60,814 nt of DNA, from positions 1 through 60,814 of IMG/VR virus record IMGVR_UViG_3300051213_000340, one strand, 5' to 3'. Positions 54,324-60,814 of the stretch are shown here, in pieces. This DNA comes from a virus. Its lineage: Duplodnaviria; Caudoviricetes. The position numbers and the translations under genes were made by a program. Every line of letters starts with the position of its first letter. Position 1 is the first letter of the stretch. A model generated the notes under the pieces. It searched no databases. It was given only the letters and a program-made list of their open reading frames with translations, and was not told the origin of the DNA.

Positions 54324-54686
54324 TTAACGCTTCGGCTGTGCAAGAGCGCGTTCGATGGCGATCATGAAGCCGCCACCTTCCGGTGCGCCTCTGTCTCCCA
54401 TCTTGCCGCAGCCGCATTTGGCTTTGTCGCCGCCGCACTGCTCGCACATTTCGCCGCCTTCTTCGCCTTCTTCCATCTCGCCGCCTTCGTCGGCTTCGCC
54501 TTCCGCGCCTTCTTCGTACTCCTCTTCTTCCATCTCTGGCTCTTCTGAGGCAATCGGGATTCCGGCTACGGATACGGGCATAAGCATGCCGTCCATAGCA
54601 AGGAACTCAACTTCGGCGGTAAACGGTTTGGTCTCTGCGTCTTTGGGCAGTTTCAGGCCGTCGGGAATAGGGATGTGGTTTTTCAT
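54324..54686 (-). CDS. Acidic hypothetical protein with CxxC...CxC (120 aa)
   Basis: E/G-rich tract; coupled to upstream gene. Confidence 0.7.
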   Translation of the reverse strand: MKNHIPIPDGLKLPKDAETKPFTAEVEFLAMDGMLMPVSVAGIPIASEEPEMEEEEYEEGAEGEADEGGEMEEGEEGGEMCEQCGGDKAKCGCGKMGDRGAPEGGGFMIAIERALAQPKR

Positions 54687-55519
54687 TTAAGTGTGCGGTA
54701 GAATGCGAGAGATGCCCCGACGTCTGACTTATTGAGAACGTCTGGATTGCTTTCAACGAAGCTGCGAAGCTGTGCCATACGGGCTTTGTCAACTCGCGAT
54801 TGTGGGTTGAATGGGGTGCCAGTGCTGGTCTTGAAGAGGGACGACATACGTTCTTCGGAGGCGGACGGCTTCGGGGGCTCTACCTTTTCGGTAAATGCCG
54901 CTGGAGTTTCAGTGTCCGCGACTGGAGTGAACTCTGCACCGCCAGCCATATCAGAAAGAGTAGATACTCCTTCACGCTCAAACTTCCGCTCAAGACGCTC
55001 ATCTCTGCGTTCGCGGCGAGATTGTTGCGGTGCTGGCTCTGTCATTTCGGCCCTTTCAGGGGCAGGAGCCTCTTGCGCTGGAGGAGCTGCTTGGGTAGCC
55101 ATCGGTGCTGGTGCAGCGGCTGGTGCAGCGGCTGGTGCAGCGGCTGGTGTGGCTTCGGTCTTATAGCCAGCTTCGCGGTTCTCGCGAGAGACTTGATTGA
55201 CGATATCGGTAATGACTTTGTTTTTATCCTCAACTCCTTTGGGGGTATTGAGCGTCGAACCAAAGAAATCGATTAGGCTTTGCCGAGCTTGATCGTAATC
55301 AGCAAACATACGGTCATCGTCGCGTGTGGCGCGGCTAGCGGCTTCGGCGCGAGTTTTTGGTTTTTCTTTACGGGTCAAACCAGCAATTTTTTCTTGCTTC
55401 GCTTTGAGATTGGCGACTCGTTTTTCTAGTTCTGGAGTCTGATACTTTTTAGAGTACTGAGTATCGAAACCAGCTTCGCCAGTTCGCTCCATGATCGCTG
55501 TTAAGAAATCTTTAGCCAT
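54683..55519 (-). CDS. Hypothetical protein with PAAA repeats (278 aa)
   Basis: Long ORF; 12-bp tandem repeat near 55107-55148. Confidence 0.75.
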   Translation of the reverse strand: MAKDFLTAIMERTGEAGFDTQYSKKYQTPELEKRVANLKAKQEKIAGLTRKEKPKTRAEAASRATRDDDRMFADYDQARQSLIDFFGSTLNTPKGVEDKNKVITDIVNQVSRENREAGYKTEATPAAAPAAAPAAAPAPMATQAAPPAQEAPAPERAEMTEPAPQQSRRERRDERLERKFEREGVSTLSDMAGGAEFTPVADTETPAAFTEKVEPPKPSASEERMSSLFKTSTGTPFNPQSRVDKARMAQLRSFVESNPDVLNKSDVGASLAFYRTLK

Positions 55520-55550
55520 AAGAAAACAAGATTAGGATTGGGAAAGGGTA

Positions 55551-55587
55551 GAACCCTGTATCATTCGGGATGAAGGATACAGGGTTC
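55551..55587 (-). terminator. Intergenic hairpin
   Basis: 12-bp stem GAACCCTGTATC/GATACAGGGTTC; T tail weak. Confidence 0.55.
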
Positions 55588-55595
55588 AGGTTGGG

Positions 55596-55760
55596 TTAGG
55601 GGGCTGGCGTGAGTTCCGTGATAGCGGTGATCAATTCAGCCATCGTGATGGTTTTAGGCCGTTGAGCAGAAACATCATAGATCTGAATCAAGTCGCCTTC
55701 GGCAACATTAAGACCAGTGAGTTTAGGTACAACAGGTGCATCGTCCAAACTTGGGGGCAT
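55596..55760 (-). CDS. Small protein (54 aa), possible capsid accessory
   Basis: Hand-translated MPPSLDDAPVVPKLTGLNVAEGDLIQIYDVSAQRPKTITMAELITAITELTPAP. Confidence 0.65.
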   Translation of the reverse strand: MPPSLDDAPVVPKLTGLNVAEGDLIQIYDVSAQRPKTITMAELITAITELTPAP

Positions 55761-55798
55761 ATATTTAAATGGTTAGGGTTAATCGATTAACTACACAG

Positions 55799-56500
55799 TT
55801 ATTGTGCAGAGATAATTTCTTCTTTTTTGGGGGTTTTGTCAAGCACCAATTTGGCCCCTTTGCTCATGTTATCCGAAGCCCATAACGGCTGGAGATTCGT
55901 GTAGTGGCAGAGCTTTTCTAGTTCTTCTACGGTCTTAGCAGAAGATAGAGGAACGATGTGATCGATGTGCCAAAGATGCTTATCCCCCCACGTCATTCCG
56001 CTTACAAACTGATTTTCTATATGATCTCTCAATTGTTCCCAAGAACAGCCGAGCATTCTAGCCGTTTTTGTGTTTTTTCCAAAACCTTTATGTCTAAAGG
56101 CATCGCGGACCCTACCTCTGCAACGGAGGGACAGCATGAAAATGGGGTCTTTTTTAATCCTTTCTCTATAGTATTTCCGCATATATTTACGGACTCTGTC
56201 TTTATTCTCGTTCACCCATGCTTTATTTTTAGCAAGTAAGTCTTCTCTGTTTTTGTCGTAGTATTTTTTCCGCTCTGCCTTGCGTTTTTTTATGTTTTTG
56301 CGATAACTTTTTCTTACATGCTGTTTGTAACGTTCGGTATTTTCTGTCCGGAATTTTTTTGAATTCAACCTTTTGCGCTCTAAGTATTTTTCAAATTTTT
56401 CGGGTGTAACCCACCACTCATTATTCTTAGCACCTTTAGCGCGGCCAATAAATATTAGACCAGTGATCGGGTCTTGGTATCCTTGTTTTTTATTATTCAT
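55799..56500 (-). CDS. Free-standing HNH endonuclease
   Basis: LGCS...L..HIENQF..GMTW, WHIDHIVPL, HYTNLQPLWA.DN.SKG; basic N-terminus; AT-rich. Confidence 0.9.
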   Translation of the reverse strand: MNNKKQGYQDPITGLIFIGRAKGAKNNEWWVTPEKFEKYLERKRLNSKKFRTENTERYKQHVRKSYRKNIKKRKAERKKYYDKNREDLLAKNKAWVNENKDRVRKYMRKYYRERIKKDPIFMLSLRCRGRVRDAFRHKGFGKNTKTARMLGCSWEQLRDHIENQFVSGMTWGDKHLWHIDHIVPLSSAKTVEELEKLCHYTNLQPLWASDNMSKGAKLVLDKTPKKEEIISAQ

Positions 56501-56530
56501 ATAACAATATTACATAACTGAATTAGTGGA

Positions 56531-56572
56531 TAAAATAAAGGGTTCCAGCCGATTAGACTGGAACCCTTTATT
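56531..56572 (-). terminator. Intrinsic terminator after major capsid gene
   Basis: 15-bp stem AATAAAGGGTTCCAG/CTGGAACCCTTTATT ending in TTTATTTT on the minus strand. Confidence 0.85.
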
Positions 56573-56579
56573 GGTTGGA

Positions 56580-57908
56580 TTAAGCAGCGGGAGTTGCCGA
56601 CGAACGGCGGAACAAGATGCAGTAGCCGAAGTCGGTCTTGATCGGCTTCGTCGCGCTGGCAAGAATGCCACGGAAGAAACCAGTCGTGCCGTCCGGATTG
56701 GTGATTTCGTTGAGGATGTTGGTCCACTTGAAGTCACCGCGATAGTTGACGGGATTGAAGGTCAGACCGTTCGAGCCCGACATCGGGTTCGGGATCTGCG
56801 ACTCCATCACGTGTGGGTGGATGATGTAAGCAGCTTCGTAGTCAGCACTGTCGTAGGCTGGATTGTAGCTGGTCACGCCGCTCGACACAGTGTAGGGCTG
56901 AACGCGAGTGACGGTGCCGGAGCTGATCGTGAAGCGCGGAGCGAGATCGTCAACCAGATGGTAGAAACCACGGAAGGACTTCTCAACACCGAGCGGCGCG
57001 ATGAGTTCCGAAACCTTAGCGTTGTTGTAGCGAACGTCGTCGCGGAAGCCAGCTTCGGTTTGCAGCGCGTAGGAAGCTTCCGAGCTGAGGACAACTGCGA
57101 AGACCGGACGACCGTTTTCCTTACCGTAGGACTCAGCGGCAGCGCCTTTACGCACAAGCTGGAAGTACAGCGTGTCGAGGATCTTGTTGCTGATGTTGGC
57201 GGTGGGGGTGTAGTCAACGCTCGAACCACTCGTAACGAAGTCATTGGTGAGATCAACTTCGGCGATTTGCTTGCCCTCAAACAGAGAACCGTCGGTCGCG
57301 TCGGTGATGGTCACGATAGGAGTGCCGGAAGCCAAGCAGGGAACCAAGTTCGCTGCGGTCTTCTCGTACTCATCACGATAGCGGTTTTCCCAAGTGTAGC
57401 GGCTCGACTCCGTGAGGAGGTCAAGGATAGCGCGGAGTTGCTCTTGACGATGAGCGGCGAAACGGAGGTCTTCCAGCGAGATGCGGGGCGACTCAATGAC
57501 AGCACGGCTGATGCTGTAGTTCTTGAGTTGCTTGCTGAACTGGACGAACGAACGCTTGTCGGCAGAACCAGTACCGCGACCGCCTTGGACATTGTCGGCA
57601 GCGTCCTTGAGGGGCTGGTTGAGGTCCGAAGTGTTGAACGAGTTAGCAGAAGCGTTAAGCGTTCCGAGTGCGCTCCATGCGACGCCAGCAGTCGAACCAG
57701 CCGTATCGGTGGTAGGAATAGCGCGGTCGTACACAAGGGTCGTGAGTTGATAGCCCATGCCTTCAGGGAAAGCGGACTGCTTGATGAGGTCCATCCACGG
57801 TGAAGTGTGGAGGGTACGCTTGTAGATATCCTGACCGATGCGGTTAGCTTCTTCGGCAAGGATGGTGTTGATTGCACTGATACCAGTGCCAAGATCGAAT
57901 GTGGACAT
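56580..57908 (-). CDS. Major capsid protein (442 aa)
   Basis: Follows portal and scaffold; strong codon bias; size; followed by terminator. Confidence 0.8.
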   Translation of the reverse strand: MSTFDLGTGISAINTILAEEANRIGQDIYKRTLHTSPWMDLIKQSAFPEGMGYQLTTLVYDRAIPTTDTAGSTAGVAWSALGTLNASANSFNTSDLNQPLKDAADNVQGGRGTGSADKRSFVQFSKQLKNYSISRAVIESPRISLEDLRFAAHRQEQLRAILDLLTESSRYTWENRYRDEYEKTAANLVPCLASGTPIVTITDATDGSLFEGKQIAEVDLTNDFVTSGSSVDYTPTANISNKILDTLYFQLVRKGAAAESYGKENGRPVFAVVLSSEASYALQTEAGFRDDVRYNNAKVSELIAPLGVEKSFRGFYHLVDDLAPRFTISSGTVTRVQPYTVSSGVTSYNPAYDSADYEAAYIIHPHVMESQIPNPMSGSNGLTFNPVNYRGDFKWTNILNEITNPDGTTGFFRGILASATKPIKTDFGYCILFRRSSATPAA

Positions 57909-57952
57909 AGTAGTTAAAGTTGGGGGTTGATAAAGGGGATTGGGGGTTGGTT

Positions 57953-58112
57953 TGCTTCACTTCCGACTGACCATATTAGAACCGAATTAAGGCACGGAGC
58001 GGGCCGATCAATCTTTCGTTAGGCGGTTGGTTTGTCGGGCACATAGACCCTTTATCACGAATCCTGATAGAACTGCTTAATGGCCAGAGCAACCGTCGGA
58101 ATCGTACAAGCA
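57953..58112 (-). ncRNA. Structured 5' leader of the capsid gene (candidate cis-regulatory RNA)
   Basis: Nested long-range stems TGCTT/AAGCA, TTCCGAC/GTCGGAA, TGGCCAT/ATGGTCA enclosing short hairpins. Confidence 0.55.
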
Positions 58113-58168
58113 GAAACTTACTATAAATCTAGCTTAATAGTCAATGACTATAATAAGATGTTAGCAAT

Positions 58169-59332
58169 TTAGATTCCGCCGAACGCCCGATTGATTGCAT
58201 CGACAAAACCGCCGTCTCCACCGGAAGTGGGTCGTTGGGCTTTAGCCGAAGAACCACTAGATATGGTAGGCTCTGCGGATTCGTACTCTGCCAGTTTATC
58301 GGTGAGGGCTTCGATCTCTTTGCGGAGACCGACGTACTCACGGACGATGGTCGGAAGCAATTGTGCCGACACAGCGTTGTAGGCAAAGTCAACCGGATGG
58401 ATCACGGACGGATCAACGCTGGCGGCTTTACTTTGGATAGCTTTAATATCAAGACCTTCAAGAGTCTTAACAAACGGTAGTTTCTCCGTGATGCGATCCA
58501 TAACGTTGCGCGTTACGTTCTCGCGGAGCTTGACTCGTTCGGCAAGTTCCTGCTTTTGGCGGGTCTCTTCTAGCAGAGCGGCTTCTTTTGCGGCTTCCTC
58601 AACGTTATCATACAGAGTACGGCGGCGCTCCAAGATAGGATTGACCTCCTCAATGATGCGGTAGATGCGGGCTTTGTCGCGGTCTGAGGCGTTTGGTAGC
58701 AGCTCAGAAAGACGCTCATCTTGGGCTTGTGGGTCGTCCAGAGCGATGATGTCGATGAGGGAGTTTCCGTCGATTTCATACTTGTCTGCGATTTGATCTG
58801 CTTGCTCCATCAACGTAGCGAGCGGCTTGGTAACGGCTTCCTGATAAGCGGAAGTCTGTTCAAGATTCGTGAACATGCGTTCATGCTCATACTCAGCGAG
58901 CTTGGCTTGGAGTTGCTCCACGTCCTTGTTCTCGACAAGAGCCGACATCTCTTGGAGTTTGGCCTCTTGCTCTTTGGAAAGCTGGCGAAGTTGTTCAAGC
59001 TCAGAGCGACTGCCCTTCAGCTCTTCTTTAAGTTGCTTGAAGCGGTTGGCGGCTTTGGGCGTCCAGTCAACTTCGTCAGTAAGTTGTTCAAGCGGGTCAT
59101 CATCGACGACGGCCTCTTTGGCAACTGGTTCTGCTGGCTCGCTGTTGTCCTCTTTGGCTTCTGGCTCTGACGGCTCTGACGGCTCCGTTGGTTCGGTTAC
59201 GCCGTTCTCCAGATTCTTAAATGCCGCATCGAGTGCCGCCTCAAAGGAGTTGGCTTCGTAGGCATCGGGCATTTGCTCCAGCGCGGCTTCGGCTGCTGGT
59301 GCTTCACTTACGGATTCTGTATGTGTGTCCAT
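58169..59332 (-). CDS. Probable capsid scaffolding protein (387 aa)
   Basis: Acidic disordered N-terminus, coiled coil, directly upstream of capsid gene. Confidence 0.75.
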   Translation of the reverse strand: MDTHTESVSEAPAAEAALEQMPDAYEANSFEAALDAAFKNLENGVTEPTEPSEPSEPEAKEDNSEPAEPVAKEAVVDDDPLEQLTDEVDWTPKAANRFKQLKEELKGSRSELEQLRQLSKEQEAKLQEMSALVENKDVEQLQAKLAEYEHERMFTNLEQTSAYQEAVTKPLATLMEQADQIADKYEIDGNSLIDIIALDDPQAQDERLSELLPNASDRDKARIYRIIEEVNPILERRRTLYDNVEEAAKEAALLEETRQKQELAERVKLRENVTRNVMDRITEKLPFVKTLEGLDIKAIQSKAASVDPSVIHPVDFAYNAVSAQLLPTIVREYVGLRKEIEALTDKLAEYESAEPTISSGSSAKAQRPTSGGDGGFVDAINRAFGGI

Positions 59333-59604
59333 TCTTCAAGACTTTGTTGTTGTGTTGTCGGGAGCTTGGTTAATTTCTGGAGATCTTTTACGAAATCCCC
59401 ATATCCGGCATACCAAGCAAGCCGGAGATTGTTTGTTTCGCCATTGGTTAATGTGGCGTATGATGGCGCGGCGGCGTCCTTTAGGATTGCCACCGCTGTC
59501 TGAAAGGCTTCGCTCTCCAGTACGGCGCGAAGCTCTTCGACGGCTTTGATATCGTTGAACCACCGATTCAAAGGAATCGGTACGGAGATTTTCTTTTTTA
59601 GCAT
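59308..59604 (-). CDS. Small protein between portal and scaffold (98 aa)
   Basis: Conserved position in podovirus-like head modules. Confidence 0.65.
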   Translation of the reverse strand: MLKKKISVPIPLNRWFNDIKAVEELRAVLESEAFQTAVAILKDAAAPSYATLTNGETNNLRLAWYAGYGDFVKDLQKLTKLPTTQQQSLEEWTHIQNP

Positions 59605-59606
59605 AT

Positions 59607-60814
59607 TTACTGTTCAGGTCCGGTTTGTCCCGCCATTTCCCTAAACTTGAGGGCTTCTTTGGCGTCGCGCATGGCTTGTTCCTGATCAAATTTGGCTTTT
59701 CGCAGCTGCATGTCAAGCTCTGCTTTTTGTTTTGCCATGTCCAATTTCATCTGATGTTCCTGCATCTTGAGGTCAATCGGATTCATTTGCGGCATTCCAG
59801 CGGCTCCTTCAGGACCAGCAGCAGCCATTTGTTGCTGTGCCTCAGCCTGTTCGCGCTGGATCTTCTGGAGTGCCTTCGTGGTGTTGTTGATTGCCTCCTC
59901 AGCGATCTGCATGACCTGCTTGGTCTGACCGACCAGTGATTGCAGTGAGGGGTCTCCAGCGGCGAACTGAAGCGTTTCGCCGATGTGTTGATAGAAAGCT
60001 TGCAGCATCGGCAGTGCCTGTTGTGGATCTGCTTGACCGACGTTGAGTTGCTCGATGATCTGGTTGAGAACCGGAACGTGGGTCTGCAAGTGCATGCCGT
60101 GCATCTCGTTCGGTACGACTGGAACTGGCTGACCAGCTTGGAGTTGTTGGTTCTCGAAATAGGCGATCTTGAGGTCAACGGTCGGACGCTCCTCTTGATT
60201 GGCAGGAACGTAGCGGTCGGCGAGATCGTGGCCCACGCGGGTGCTGACGATGTCTCTGGTAAGGTTGCGGCGACCGACTTCATCGAACGTGCCAGACATG
60301 GCCTGAAGCTCACGGAGGGCGACGAGACGGTTAGCGTAGGATCCATTGCCAATCGAGCGGACGGCTTTGGACTTGCTGAGATCGAGAGACTTGATGAACT
60401 CAGCTTCGACGCCACGGTCAGCGCAACGCTTGTAGAATTCCTTGATGGCTGCATCCGGCCTCTTGTTCTCTACAATGCGACGGACAACCTCTCTCATGAG
60501 ACGGGTCCATGATGCATAGAACAGGTTAAGGGATGCACCAGACAGGCGTGTCGAGACATCCATGTCTGCGACGACTTGCATCTGGTTCCTGTACGGTGAA
60601 CCCTGTTGCGGGCCGTATGTAGAGACTGTGTCGGTGTTGAGCTGGAGCTGGTTGGTCAGATCCTGCAACGCTGGCATGACCGCTTGCGAAAGGTTCGGGA
60701 TCGCCTTCTCGACGATCTTCACGTTGGGCGACACAATGGCATACGCACCGTAGTAGGTGAACTGCAACTCATCCAGAGCGCGTTGCGTTTCCGGCTGTAG
60801 CATGACAGCGGAAG
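59607..60814 (-). CDS. Portal protein, C-terminal part (5' end outside window)
   Basis: ORF appears open to the window edge; Q/M/A-rich helical tail; head-module position. Confidence 0.7.
   Translation of the reverse strand, partial: SAVMLQPETQRALDELQFTYYGAYAIVSPNVKIVEKAIPNLSQAVMPALQDLTNQLQLNTDTVSTYGPQQGSPYRNQMQVVADMDVSTRLSGASLNLFYASWTRLMREVVRRIVENKRPDAAIKEFYKRCADRGVEAEFIKSLDLSKSKAVRSIGNGSYANRLVALRELQAMSGTFDEVGRRNLTRDIVSTRVGHDLADRYVPANQEERPTVDLKIAYFENQQLQAGQPVPVVPNEMHGMHLQTHVPVLNQIIEQLNVGQADPQQALPMLQAFYQHIGETLQFAAGDPSLQSLVGQTKQVMQIAEEAINNTTKALQKIQREQAEAQQQMAAAGPEGAAGMPQMNPIDLKMQEHQMKLDMAKQKAELDMQLRKAKFDQEQAMRDAKEALKFREMAGQTGPEQ

Noticed and set aside
56526-57803. 425-aa antisense ORF over the capsid gene
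   Set aside because: Expected shadow of strong codon bias; runs into the terminator; no motifs
1-60814. Integrase, repressor or att site indicating a prophage
   Set aside because: None recognised and no host genes at either edge; the genome is incomplete, so lifestyle is undetermined

Overview
Part of a tailed dsDNA bacteriophage genome (Caudoviricetes, podovirus-like organisation); the portal gene is cut at the right edge. There are five blocks. (1) 1-700 is a non-coding, repeat-dense left region. (2) 0.7-9.7 kb on + is an early region with two near-identical strong sigma70 promoters, many small ORFs, a DUF3150-like / MoxR-type AAA+ / metallopeptidase-VWA triad and a gp88-like protein, punctuated by copies of a 16-bp palindrome (12 in the first 5.9 kb). 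(3) 9.7-24.8 kb on - holds the terminase large subunit and probable ejected internal virion proteins, including a 3611-aa polyvalent-type giant. (4) 24.9-39.0 kb on + is DNA metabolism: HTH/TerS-like, DnaA-domain-IV-like, RuvC-like, SF2 helicase, DUF5664, tRNA-Thr, Cas4-like nuclease, SSB-like, family A DNA polymerase and primase-helicase. (5) 39-60.8 kb on - is morphogenesis and lysis. The most notable signals are: an intein in PolA motif B whose centre carries an HNH homing endonuclease in a different reading frame; tandem H-type RNA pseudoknots in an early intergenic gap; a ~130-bp palindromic element present twice, 22.4 kb apart, with conserved 53-bp site spacing; a covarying hairpin-plus-palindrome cassette; a structured leader upstream of the capsid gene; and a set of leaderless late promoters. 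All product calls come from motif recognition by eye; no database searches or folding programs were run.
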